A stretch of 54,576 nucleotides of DNA, the filler included, from Sluysia triapertura (Eukaryota), in the NCBI GenBank assembly GCA_046118255.1. It is 4 parts of 4 records of this genome, joined end to end, with 100 filler letters (N's around TTAATTAATTAA, not from the genome) between each part and the next. Parts side by side here need not be neighbours in the genome. Positions count along the whole stretch, not along the records: positions 1 to 14,387 come from JBJNIA010261286.1; 3 more parts are not named here. One strand, 5' to 3'. Of the stretch, positions 1 through 12,500 are shown piece by piece. The notes below the pieces were generated by a model that searched no databases, was not told where the DNA came from, and saw only the letters and a program-made list of their open reading frames with translations. A program made the translations under genes and the position numbers. The first letter of the stretch is position 1. The number at the start of each line of letters is the position of its first letter.

Positions 1-868
1 GAATATGAAGGGAATTTCTCAAATCAAGACTAGAATGACAATTTTATTGACTGTTAATGTAAATGGCGATTTTTTAAATACATTAATAGTTGGAACATCA
101 AAAAGTCCCAGGGCGCTGAAAAACAAGTCTTTGGAATCGATGAACATTTGCTATACGGCAAATAAATCTGCCTGGATCACAAAGGAAAACTTTTTTTCAT
201 ATTTTCAAAACATTAATGAACAAATGAAACAATCAGGGAGAAAAATATGCATCATTTTAGACAATTTTTCAGGACATAAAATTAGTGATTTCACACATGT
301 TAGATTTCTATTTTTACCTGCAAATTCAACTAATCTTTTACAACCTCTTGATATGGGAATTATTAAGTCATTTAAGGATAAATATTATAATTTTCTTAAA
401 ACGGATTTATTAAATAGGCAAGGACTTTTGGATATGAATTATTCTAGTTTAATTAGGAAAATAAATATTTATGAGGTTATTATATGGGTATCTCAATCAA
501 TCAGACAAATTTCACCAGACACAGTTTACAATTGTTGGGTTAAAGCCAAGTTAGTGGATGGGGACAAAATAATGGAAAGTATTAATGAAGACTTACAAAA
601 TGGAGAAGAGGAATCAATTTCTAATGAGATAGAAGAAGTACAAGGAGAAGAACAAGAAGAGGTACAAGGAGATCAAATTATTGAATTAGAAGAAATAAAA
701 ACTGAACACAAAGATGCAATAATGAAATTAAATGAGCTTGAGGCTATATTACTAGAACATGATCATGATTCTTATGCAGAACTGATAAATCTCAAGCAAC
801 GAGTAATTTCTAGATTTTTATCTAAGCAAAAAAAGAACACTTTGTACAGATTTTTTATTCCAAAATAA
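1..868 (+). CDS. pogo/Tigger (CENP-B-related) DDE_1 transposase, C-terminal part (5' end outside window)
   Basis: The uninterrupted ORF contains ICIILDNFSGH and FLPANSTNLLQPLDMGIIKSFK, the second and third catalytic Asp motifs of DDE_1, with 29 residues between the two Asp. These are followed by 'I.W....W/ISPDTVYNCW.KA' and an acidic tail. Confidence 0.92.
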   Translation, partial: NMKGISQIKTRMTILLTVNVNGDFLNTLIVGTSKSPRALKNKSLESMNICYTANKSAWITKENFFSYFQNINEQMKQSGRKICIILDNFSGHKISDFTHVRFLFLPANSTNLLQPLDMGIIKSFKDKYYNFLKTDLLNRQGLLDMNYSSLIRKINIYEVIIWVSQSIRQISPDTVYNCWVKAKLVDGDKIMESINEDLQNGEEESISNEIEEVQGEEQEEVQGDQIIELEEIKTEHKDAIMKLNELEAILLEHDHDSYAELINLKQRVISRFLSKQKKNTLYRFFIPK

Positions 869-966
869 ATGTATAGTTTTGTGTTGGTTTTGTAAAATTT
901 TATCGCACCTTTAAGAGTTATCGCACCCGTTGTTAAAAAAAGGTGCGATAAGTTCGCATCCCACTG
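1..966 (+). mobile_element. pogo/Tigger DNA transposon, right part with right TIR (942-966) and TA target site (967-968)
   Basis: It ends in ...GGTGCGATAAGTTCGCATCCCACTG|TA (reverse complement CAGTGGGATGCGAACTTATCGCACC). The inner TIR motif TTATCGCACC recurs in opposite orientation at 900-909 and 918-927. Confidence 0.88.
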
Positions 967-999
967 TATTCAAATAATCCATATTCATAAATGTTTTAC

Positions 1000-2830
1000 T
1001 AACATGTTTTACAATTATGTTGATATCTTTTAATAATTCTTTAATTTAACTCCTTGAAAAAAATTTGAACTTTGTTTCTCTTATTATGGTCTTTCACATT
1101 GAAGTTATTAATTTTTGATGTACATAAAATCGTAATTCATTTGTTCCAATGAAATATGAATTGACAGATAATTTAGTTAATTCATATGTATTTGGTTTTT
1201 TAACGCCAAATTTAGGTAGATAATTTTGGCAATAATGATGACTATAATTTTCGGCCATTTAATTTTGAAAATTTATTATTATTATTATTATTAAGTTAGA
1301 TATAAAATAAACTAAAATATTCCACAACATCATATCTTGAAGAATTGTAATGAGTTTGTAAAATTTGTATTTTAATTTAATTATGCTAAAGTAAATTTTT
1401 ACGAAGATATCTTTGATATAGCAAAGTTTTAGATCAGTTGAATGATTCTAATGATTGCATTAAATATCTTAAAAATTTCAACGTTAATTTACAAAGTCTC
1501 ATAACTTGTTCTACTTATCGAGGAAAATTTTATAACAGCACTCGTAGTTTAAGTAATTGATAATCAGGTAATTTGTACATACCAATGTAAGATTTCCACT
1601 TAATTTCAGATTGACATTGTTTGACGATTAAAATTTTTCATAATTTAAATTTTTTTAAACTTTTTAAAACCATTAATAATTATTATAAAATAGTTTTAGT
1701 AATAACAATAATAATAAAATATTACAATAAAATAATAATATCTGCTTACAATTGTAAGTAAATAATAATAAATAATAATGATTATGTAGTAACAATTATG
1801 AAGTAATGTCTTTAGTATAATTTGAACTTAAGTTAATATCCTGCCACATATGCAAATGTTGTGAAATCGCATCATTCAGACCGTTGTTGTTAAAGTCATT
1901 AAGATCGAACACTTGAGTTTCTGAAAAATTATTGTTTGAGAATACACATTTGAATTGCTGATTTGATGATTTTTTAACCTTTCTGTTCCATCTCTGATTT
2001 TTTTGAATAAATTCATTGTGTCGCTTGAAAATGTTCAATAGGAAGAGCTATCAAAGACCTATTACTGTTTACATTACTTGATATGTTTAATGTTGATTTC
2101 TTTATTAATTTTATTAAGTTTGACGATAAATGCCAAAACTTCTCAAATTTTCCAAATCACTAATTGGAAAATCATTGATATTGTATAAGCACCACAATAA
2201 ATAATGAAGCTCGCATTCATTTAAATTTTATAAATTTTGATAATGTTTCGAGATGTGCGAAATTATGTGTAAATTTACAAAAACAATCACAATTGTAATT
2301 TAATACATTTTCAGAATACGTTGCAGATTGATTTTTGGAGTTCATTCTGTTTTTGAATTGATTTAAAAACCAATTTCAATTAACTTGTAAAAATAATGTT
2401 TTTGCAGCTCCGTTTCTGCTTTCTTTTAATCTCTCATCAATCCATAAATAATATGACAGAATAGAAAAATCATTTGATAAACATGAAAAGTTTAGCGTTT
2501 CGAAAGAACTATTACAATCTTCAATAATAATAGATATTATATTCTGTATAACTAATAATTGTAAAGATTCTTCAATAGAAAAGGAGTCTAGAGCAAACAT
2601 TAAAATGATCTCCAAATAGATTTCTAATATCGAGCATTAAATCTTCTAATGTTTTAGTACGGACATTAGTTAACGTTCCCCAATCATCTATCATATGTAA
2701 AAAAATTATCTAGTTGATTCATACTTTTGCATATTCTCTTGAAAATTTCTTGGTCTGTTAATTGCGACGCCTTTTCAAGTACAATTTTAACTACGTATTC
2801 AGCAAAAGTATCTATCTGTAGCGTCATATT
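1000..2830 (-). pseudogene. Decayed coding-like region of unknown identity
   Basis: Several protein-like stretches in shifting minus frames (e.g. ECELHYLLWCLYNINDFPISDLENLRSFGIYRQT; DNFLHMIDDWGTLTNVRTKTLEDLMLDIRNLFGDHF; ORFs 1796-2038 and 2376-2615) are broken by stops and frameshifts. No family recognised. Confidence 0.25.
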
Positions 2831-2894
2831 TTAAAAGTTGATTATATTCTTGAAGTACTCTGAGTTAATGACTCCAAAATCGTCCATTTCGAAT

Positions 2895-2940
2895 TGGCTT
2901 TACACCTATAAGGTTCCCGATTCGATCCCTGGTCGAACCA
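2895..2940 (+). pseudogene. tRNA-Val(TAC)-derived 3' half (pseudogene or SINE fragment)
   Basis: TGGC-TTTACAC-CTATA-AGGTT-CCCGA-TTCGATC-CCTGG-TCGAACCA resembles the anticodon loop, B box and 3' end of eukaryotic tRNA-Val(TAC). The stems are imperfect and there is no D arm or A box upstream. Confidence 0.6.
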
Positions 2941-3089
2941 AGTAAATATTTTTTAGCAAATCGAGATCAATTCTAGAAACTATAACAGCAGCAGAAAAAC
3001 AATTATTAACATAAATATTGATCTGAATGTTTTATTACTTATTATAAGCATACCTTTTCTTCTATAAATGTAATAAAATAAAAGTTTTG

Positions 3090-3470
3090 TATTCGACTAT
3101 GATATCGTTCGACTTTGCGCCTATATACCTTTGAAAAGTTGAGCGGCATTGCGCGAACCATAAGGTATCCGCGTTTTCTCAAAAAGTACGAGTGGAATTG
3201 TAACAGTAGTACATCAACAGAATAGACTGGAATCTGGTGATAAGCTTTTTCCAGATATATCGACTAAAAGATAAAGATCGGCACAGGATATGCATTTAGC
3301 ATTCGATAGTCATTGCATATCCTGATAGAACCGTAATTTTTAACGTCTCGCAATTCCTTGTTTCTCCATATCAAACAATTCAAGCTCTGCTTGGGCCCTT
3401 ATTTGTTGACACAATTTCCGACGTCTTAACGGTGTGGTGGATTATGTATTAATGAAATGTTCTGAGACCC
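3090..3470 (-). mobile_element. Degenerate Ty3/gypsy reverse transcriptase fragment
   Basis: Minus-strand translation across frameshifts gives ELELFDMEKQGIARR, KNYGSIRICNDYRMLNAYPVP, LEKAYHQIPV, TIPLVLFEKTRIPYGSRNAAQ and NDIIV. These match the gypsy RT motifs KKDGSxRxCxDYRxLN, DLxKAYHQI, TPFGLFEFxRMPFGLxNAA and DDIxV. Confidence 0.85.
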
Positions 3471-4614
3471 GCATGTAGCCTGTACTGAATTGTTCCCTGT
3501 GATTGTGTGACTTAGAAATAATAAAATTATGCGTTATTCATTGAATTATCATATTTGACTCTGTTTACGTGGTTAAAGAATAAATTAAATTTTATGCATT
3601 TAAATAATATTTACTTAGTTTTCTTTTGCCATTTTTAAAATTCTTTTACTTATTTAAATTGTTCGTTTAGTGTAACAAATCGTGTTCACTGTTAAGCTTT
3701 TACAATTATTTAAAATGTTTTTGTTGTATTTTCATTTATTTTCTATTCATAAATTTAATCTTAATATGTAAAAGATTTGTTTTTATATGTTTAGCTTATA
3801 TTTCATTAAACAATTTCTTCTTAATTTTCATGTTAACTTATTTAAATAATTAAGTTAAGTAAGTATTTAAGTATGTCTCTAGGAACCAAAATGATGTATA
3901 AAAATTTTAACATTGTTAATGAAATAATATGGGATCGCATTTATACACTTACTTCATAATGTATTTTTTATCTATACAATAACTAATAAATATCGATTAT
4001 AGCATTGGTCCAATTAAAAAATGTTATGTCTCACCTAATCCTTTTAATTAATGAATTATGTTTTAGAACATAACAATTTATACAGAATACACGGTGATAA
4101 TAAGATAGATAGTAATGTTTATGTTTCAAAAATCTACAATCAGTTACCAAAAATGTTAATCATTGGAAGATTATGAAGTATTTGAAAATATAATGAATGA
4201 TGTATTTTAAGTGATTTTGAATATGCATTTCATAATCGATATTAAATTATATATTGCTATTGTTTTATTTATTTTAGTAGTAATTCGAGAATTAAGAAAC
4301 ATTTTAGAATCTTTTATAGAAAACTCTGCTTATTTTTTGATTGAATCAGAAAGCTTTAGTACTGCTTCAGTGAATCTTTGAGATACTATTGAGTATGTGT
4401 GAAATATTTCTTAACCGGTGGCAATTTAGGTGTATTTAAATTTTATTAGAAAATGTAATTGTTTTTTTTGTAATTTAACAATGTTTGTAAACTTATTCGC
4501 ATTTAAATTCAATAAATTATTACTACTTAATTAATGTAACGTCTTTTACATGTTACATTTTATTATTTATATGCAAATTAAAGTCAAAAAGATTATGCTT
4601 TTATTTTATTGTAG

Positions 4615-4830
4615 GTTATCCAATATTTCCTGGTGAAGATGAAAGTGACCAATTAGCGTGTATTATTGAAGTCATTGGTATGCCACCACAAAACTTATTA
4701 AATGAGTGCAAACGCAAAAATGAATTTTTTGCAAGTCGTGGTTATCCTCGTTATTGTACTTTAATACCTGATTCATCGAAATTCATGCAAGATTCAACCA
4801 GTCATACACCAGTTACAGTTATTATTGGAG
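4615..4830 (+). CDS. DYRK2: DYRK2/3-class dual-specificity kinase, penultimate coding exon
   Basis: ttttattgtag| acceptor and |gtaatt donor, phase 1 at both ends. Translates to [49 protein letters not shown], matching DYRK2 [24 protein letters not shown]...SKGYPRYCT. Upstream exons not seen in the window. Confidence 0.93.
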
Positions 4831-6144
4831 GTAATTGCAATATTTTGAAATCAAATGAAATATGATCCATAAACTGTTGAAATATATAGTTGACTAATTT
4901 TATAGGTCTTTACAAAAAGATTCATTGCACTACTTTTTTTGTTCAATATTTGCACTTTAAGCATGTTTTGTTGCATTTGAAATCGTAATTATGCATTATT
5001 GATAAAATTATTGAGTATTTTACCATTAAAATAAGAAAGAAATAATTTATTCCAAATATACTCTTTGATTTTTATTTTCTTTTACAAGTTATAACTGAAT
5101 TTTGGGATTAAAAATTGGCACTTTTGAAATTATTCAATTATCAAACTCATTTTTTTGAAAGGCTATCGTACATAAATCAAAATAAACGATAATATTTCGA
5201 AGATATATCTACTTAATATAGCTGGTAAAAGGTAACAAGTTCCACTAAAGTAATTCTTACATATATCTGATTGGTTAATCAAATAAAGTATTAATCTCGT
5301 CTTGGTGTTTTATGTATTAAAATGATCTTAAAAGTTCGTTCTTTTGCAATATTAACTCAAAATTACTCACAAGTTATTTGTTTCTTAGGGTTCCAGTGGT
5401 TCGTATTACCAATCACCATTTTGATCCTACTATATGCTCACATTACCCTTCAATATCTCAATATTAAGCTTTGTTTTCGAATTCATTGGTTGATTTAACA
5501 TTGTATTAAAAATCAACTAGGAGTAGCAATTTGAGCCATATCTTCAGGAAAAATAATGTAATCTGTTTCGCAAATGCTGTTCCAATTAAATATAATCTCT
5601 ATATTTACCTCTATATCTTCTATAAATACTACTTAAACAAAACATATAAGGGAAATTTTAAAAATATTAAACATTTGAATTACTTGTAAAAGACGCTAAC
5701 TTATTCATAAATAAACTTATCTAATAATTAAGTTAAATTAAATCATAATACACAACTCAGTTCAATTATATACAAAGCAACTTGTAAAACTTTTTTTAAT
5801 TTCCATCCATACCTTCAATCAACTTCAAATTTTCAGCTTCTTTCAAAATGTTCTCTTAACCTAATCCATATTATCTTTAATCATATTAAATGAAATTAAA
5901 ACTTTTAATTTCATATTTTCTAATTAAAATTTATTGTATCAAATGGTCCAGTTAATATTTTTAAAATTTAATCTAACAAGTCATCAATAGGTGATTTGTC
6001 GAAAAATCTCTGAAACTCCGGTATTGCTAATGAGCGATATATGTTATTTTGCTCTATTTAAAATGTAGTACCTTTTAAGGGATAAATTTATTATGCGCAT
6101 GTGTAAATATAAATGTAGACAAAAACTACTTTAAATAAATAATG

Positions 6145-6146
<2 letters not shown>

Positions 6147-6194
<48 letters not shown>
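6147..6194. repeat. (AAT)n microsatellite
   Basis: Direct reading of the tandem AAT run. Confidence 0.95.
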
Positions 6195-6198
<4 letters not shown>

Positions 6199-7270
6199 TG
6201 TTAACGGGAAAGTTTGTGCCTACTTATTTATAGTCATAAGTAAATATGATTATTTTAATACTTATTAATAATTTACATTTATATTTTTCCACAAATTTCC
6301 GTGCTTGCACATTCAATATTTTAATCCTTTTTTAGCAGACAACATCTAAGTTTTTGAAACGCTTGCATGAGTTTTTTCATCAGATCTTTATACAAATCAA
6401 AATTTTGATGTATATTCGAATAGAAATTCATATTTTTATTTATTAACAAGTAAAAGCTGCATATCAAAATAAAACTGTTTTATAAAGCTAATATCAAAAA
6501 ATATTGTCGCGTCTTTTGTGCTTCTTCAGCTTGCTGAAAGAATACCATATGGATATTTTTTAAAAATTATAAAAATATTATTAATATATAAATAATATTA
6601 AATAATTCATTTTTTTGATTCGAAATCATTTTAAATTAACTTGTAATGATGCAATAGTGTGTCTTTTGTTCCCATAATAAAAATAATGTGTAAAAAATTA
6701 TTTAAAATGATTAAATCACGACCAAAAACAAAAACAATGTAATATTTTTACAAATTTAATGATTTGTCAAGTTTTTGAATTAAACAAAAAAATAAAGTAC
6801 AGTTAATTTTTTATTTAAATTAATTTTATTAAATTGTAAACATTTGTTTTAATTGAAAAACATTGGATTAAAAAAATGGGATTTAATATAATGAAAGCTT
6901 AATTGATTTAGTTAAAGTTATTTATGACATTATTAAAAATTAATTTATATCTTTGAAATAAATTCTTTATTTTATTAATTCTTTTTAATATATTTACATG
7001 TAAACAGATATTAAAATAACATCTAAGACATTAAGTAAAACAATCATGGATTTAATAAAACTCGTTTAGAGAAACATAATCTGCATAACAATAAATGTTT
7101 ATTAATACTCGAAAATGTTATAGTCAATACGCTAAATGGATCTTTTAAAGAAAAAATATAAATATGATCATGATAATCTAATAAAAATTGTAAATTATAA
7201 TAATTTACCTTAGAAAAACTTTTCATCTTTTGCGTTATACGCAGCACAATCAAATAGACGAGTGCAGGAA

Positions 7271-7605
7271 TCATTTTGAAATGTCTGGCCATTGATCGAA
7301 GAAATTGGTAGTGCTTGATGTCTCTAAAATAGATAGTAAATTACTAATACGTTCGGCAGCATGATTAATTTTTTTGACGTCGAACGGTTGTCGTAACTCG
7401 TTAACTCCATATGCATATTTACAATGTTCACCGTTAAGCGACGTGCCATACATGCATTGTCTGGTTTTATAGTAATGTAAATGATTGTGACGTTCGGTAA
7501 CATATTGGCAATCATCTCCATTTAGACAAATTCCGTGCTTTTATCATAAGAAGTACAATAAACATTAAGATTGTAATTACCAGTAGCATTAATACTAGGA
7601 TCAAT
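7271..7605 (-). pseudogene. unk: Unkempt-like tandem CCCH zinc-finger fragment, frameshifted
   Basis: Restoring one missing base near 7530 gives GNYNLNVYCTSYDKSTGICLNGDDCQYV-TERHNHLHYYKTRQCMYGTSLNGEHCKYAYGVNELRQPFDV. Unkempt reads NYSPDVYCTKYDEATGxCPxGDECPxLH...TERxYHLRYYKTGxCIHET...NGLHCAFAHGPHDLRSPVYD. Some zinc ligands are lost. Confidence 0.8.
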
Positions 7606-9123
7606 GTTGTTTCAATTTCCGATTCGTTTAAAATCATATTCGTCAATCGATTCGCTTGGTGATGACTTAATCTGAAAACGATTTATCATCATATCATTCT
7701 TCTCCATTATGACATAAATTATAATAAAATTTATCAATTTAATTAATTCATTTTCAAAATACAATCGATCCAATAATGGAGATCAAATATCCTGACTAAG
7801 GTTGATAAAGTTACAAAATAAAACGAGTTTTTTAAAAGTTATTTTTAATTGTTTTGCTTTTAGCAATTGATTGAGCTCGTACTAAAATAATTGACTAAAA
7901 TAATTGTGTATGAATCAACTAAATTGAGGACTGACAATTAAAATTATCCTCATTGGTTGGCATTTATATGAAAATTTTAAATTACTAAAATCTGTCGTCA
8001 ATAGTTGACAGTAATGAACTGCATTAAAGCTTTGTGTAATTAACACTGTCAACATTAATATAAACTGTAATTAAAATTTTTAAAATTAATAATGATAATG
8101 ATAGTGTTGATAATAATGAGAATAATAATTAATAATTAATAATTAATAACAATAATAATAATAAAATTAATAATGATAAAAATGAAAATAAAAGAAATAA
8201 ATAAAAATTCTTAAACGAAAACATGAAATTCTTAATTTTTATTTTTGGAAACTTTAAAACATATTTCTTTTTCCTAGAATACATCTTTCTTTTTTTGTAA
8301 ATAGTTTGAAGTATGATATGATTTAGATGTTTGAGTTCATTGTTAGAAAGGGAAAGGAAGAAAAGATAAAAAATAAAATTATTAAGAAGTATCATGAGAG
8401 AGTATAAACGAAGTTAAAGGTGTTGAGCGAGATTCCATTTAGCTTATTACTATATTTGAATTTAAAATGCAATTTTAATGATTTTTGATGTAATTAAAAG
8501 ATGCAGTATTATGTAATGTGATTTTCTAGTGTGAGGTGATGAGTTCAATTTTTGAATGATAAGGTTGGCCACCACATTAAGTTTTGAGGATTTTAGGATA
8601 TATAAAGAAAGATTGAAAGATTGAACACAAATCACGCTATGTAAGGTTGAGTAAATATATAAATGTACGAGACTATGTAAACCATAGTTTGTTTCAGTTT
8701 TTGTATTGATTATGAAGGTTATATTTCAAATGAAGCATTTTTAGACTGATTGAGATTCTAAGTCATCATCTTTGTGCTATCAATTCAAAGTCCAGAAACT
8801 TGTGTAATTCTATTCAAACATTTTTGTCATTTGAAATATTATTTAAAACATTTTATTTATGTAGTTGACTAAAGTAAGATTAACTTGATAAAAATTGTTA
8901 CACACGACGTGATTGTCTGATTATCTATTTATTAACATGAAACAAAAGTTTACTTTATCATTTATTCAAAAGAAAATGAGAAATGTTGATTTTATATAGA
9001 ATAGGAAATTATTTAACTTTTCGTTTTGTAAATATTTACATAAAATAATATGTACCATTGTTTTTTAGTATAATTTTATTTTCTACTATTTATGTAATTT
9101 TTAATAATTTTATTGAATTTTAG

Positions 9124-9512
9124 GCGAACCATTTAGGTTGCAAGGTTCCAAATCAAAACGTGGTAAGTACCGCAGTCCTCCTGGAACAAAGTCACTGTTA
9201 AGTATTATAGAAAATGCAGCAAATAGTATCAATAGTTCTGCAGCAAATGCAACTACCACTGCCACCACCACCACTACTACTACCTCTTCAACATTAAACT
9301 CAAATGAATCATCAAAAATTAACAATAGCAATACAGATTTAGACGAAATTCAATTTTTTCATGACTTTTTATCACGTTGTTTTACTTGGTTACCATCAGA
9401 AAGACTAATACCTCGAGATGCTTTACGACATAATTGGTTTAAACGAACAACCAATAAAAATACTTCCTCAACTACTCCGAAATTGCTCAATCAAAATAAA
9501 GAACAACAATAA
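9124..9512 (+). CDS. DYRK2: DYRK2/3-class kinase, terminal coding exon
   Basis: The ttttag| acceptor is phase-compatible with the exon ending at 4830. Translates to GEPFRLQGSKSKRGKYRSPPGTKSL...FFHDFLSRCFTWLPSERLIPRDALRHNWFKR, matching DYRK2 GGRSRRGKLRGPP...[30 protein letters not shown]. Stop at 9510-9512. Confidence 0.92.
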
Positions 9513-12500
9513 AAATAAATACTTCCATCAAAATAAGAATCATTTAGAATGTAGCTCAATTTGCATTGAACCGTTGTTTCTTTTTTGGAGAAAACAAAGA
9601 AACAACAAATTCATGTGTTTGTAAAATTAAATTTAATTAATTAGGTCGTTATTGAAACAAAATTTTATAATAAAACTAGTTTATTTATTTGCCGTGTGAT
9701 GTAATATAATTTATTCCAATAATTTAAAGAAAGGTATAAAGAATGTAACAAAAAAATTTTTTTAATGTAACATTATTTGTAGTATCATGATGTAAAATTA
9801 TACAAACGTCTTATTAAAGGTTATAAAACTAAGCACAATATATAAATAAAATTGATCTTATGGTTTCTTAATTTTTGTTATTAATTGAAAAATGAAAATA
9901 AAAAATATAATTTAATTATTCATGAGCTTAACAAATTTAAATTATGTAAAAATAAAGAAAAGAGAACATTTCACTTCTAATGTAAATTGTATTAGATTTT
10001 GTATATAAAATCAAACAATGAATGACATCAAATTTTCTATTTTAAATAATGAGATTGTAATTAAAAAAATTATTAATTTTACAACGGCAAATAATAATGA
10101 TAAATAATCTCTAGTTTATTTACTAAGATTACTAGTTAACGTTTTAAATAAATAATTTTTAGAGTCGTCGTACATTTCGTAATATTTATTTGATTCATGA
10201 ATGAAACTTATAAATTTAAATGTATAGATATATCTATTTATTAATAAAAATAATATATATTTACAAAAAAATAGCAATGACAAATTTGATAATTAATTGC
10301 AAAATTATTTTACATAATTAACTGTAAAATTTGTTTATAACCATTCTATGATATGAAAATCTTAATAAGTATAAAATCACTTTGATGGATATAATTGATT
10401 ATTGTCATTTTTGATATGGTTTTATTTTATGATTGTGAATAATGAAATGAAAGAAAAATACTTGCTATTATTAAATTCTATAATATTGATCACTAACTAC
10501 ATTATGAATCATTTCTGAAGTAGAAAATGTAGTTGTGGACATCGAGAAAATCAATGCGGTCTAATTTTTACTTTTTTTTTGTATAGTATTATTGTTTTCA
10601 ATAATTTAGAATTTTATTCTTTATTATATTGAGTAGGGGATATTGTAATATCAACAATCGAAATTTAACTAATAATAAATATATTTAACGAAAAAGAAAT
10701 TGATTTGCTTCTAGTATTTTCCTTGTTGATGCTGATATTTCTGTCATTTTTTGATCAAATTTATTACTCGTTTTAATATTTATTATGAAAGCTTTATTTG
10801 AAGAGTAGTTCACCAATTTTTTAATTATTTATTACACTCTATAAAATCCAGAGTTTGTTCTTCAAAGATTTTCCGTAAAAGTGATCTTGTGGTACTGTTT
10901 ATTGATTTAATTTTTTTCTTTGCGGGCTCCAGCAAGCCTGAATGTTTTCTTACAGGTACAGTTACTAAATAAAGAAAATGTCTTCTAGGATTGACTTCTT
11001 GTTGGTTATAAGGCATGTTCGGAGAACAGCTAGAACTTCCGCATAAAGAGAGATTGTGTCTGATTTTAAATTTTTTAATTTATAAGTTTTAAATTATGTT
11101 TTTCTAACTCCAAACCCAAAATTTAGACTTTCCGTTGAAAGTAGTTGACTTATTATCAATCTTTAAACAATTGAAGAATAAATTTGAATGTCATACAAAA
11201 TTAACGTAATAATGCGAAAGAGAAAAATCTTAAAATATTTTCTCATCTTTTTACTTTTATCAGCATGCAAAAACATTAATTTCCTCAATTTCAGCAGATA
11301 AACTATGCTTGAGTTTGTGATCAGTATATCAAATATACTAAATACGGTATTTCTTTCATTTGGTTTTGGACATGATATATTGAATAAAAGTAAGCTTATT
11401 TTGTTTCAAAACATAACGATTTATATTTTATTTTTATCAGATTAAACTACTCATTTTTATTTATTAAACCAATTTTAAGATCGTTATTTGACCATTATTA
11501 GGAATTATTAACTAATTATAAAATAATGTAAATTTTTATAATATAGTTTAGATAATACTCTAAATTGGCAACCATTTTATTTGTTAAAACTTGCATTTTT
11601 CTACATAATGTATTTTACTTAAAATTATTAGTAAGTTAAATTATGAATCAATTTGAGATTTTATTTTTATTTACAAACATGACAAGCTCTAAAGACCTTT
11701 CATAATACATTCTTGATTGTTTTATTATTATTATTATTATTATTTACGCGTGTATATTGAATAATATTTGTTTTAATTGAAATTTAATTTTAATCATAAA
11801 TTGTATTAGATTTATAATTATTATACTTTTTTAATACAATATCAAGAATGTTATGAACTCACCTGATTAAAAGATTATGTTAATATTTTTGAGAATCTTT
11901 TTTTGCATAGTTTCAGTATTTATGTTCATTTTCTATTTCTATTAATTTATATCGTTTTAATTGTTGAGGCTTTTCATTTTTGTTAAAAATAGTTAATGAA
12001 TTTTTAATTTATATTTACTAAAAATTATTAATAATAGACTTTATCGATAAAATGAAAAACACTGTATTTGTGTGATACTTATTTTATTATTGAATAAAAA
12101 CAATTAAACGAATATTATTTAATAAAACATAATAGTTGTGTTAAGTTATGCATTAATAAAAAAACATTTATCGAATATATCTTTAATTTCATATATTACT
12201 TTTTAATTAAATTTTAATAATCACCTTTTTGGTATTTATATAATTTTTATATGTTGATTATTTAAATATAAATATAAATTATTTAAATATAACATAGATT
12301 TTCATTCCTGTTAAATTTAAATTACATTACCAATAATAAAATATAAATGTAATATAATATAATGTAATTTAATATACCTATTAATTATAAGAAATTTTAA
12401 AATTGAAATAGGAAATAGTTTAAAACAATTTAAAATATTTTGTTACTATTGTGCTACATCAATTAAGATATATGCCTTTACAGTAATGTAGATAGTGTTA

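Noticed and set aside
3284-3324. Perfect 11-bp inverted repeat CAGGATATGCA/TGCATATCCTG suggesting a pre-miRNA or terminator
   Set aside because: Both arms lie within the gypsy RT coding remnant (IRICN...NAYP); the repeat is short and has no other support.
8563-8580. PBS-like TGGTGGCCAACC on the minus strand
   Set aside because: It is not preceded by an LTR-type CA, and no gag is recognisable downstream.
9110-9331. Minus-strand poly-Val ORF
   Set aside because: Antisense shadow of the poly-Thr stretch of the DYRK2 exon.
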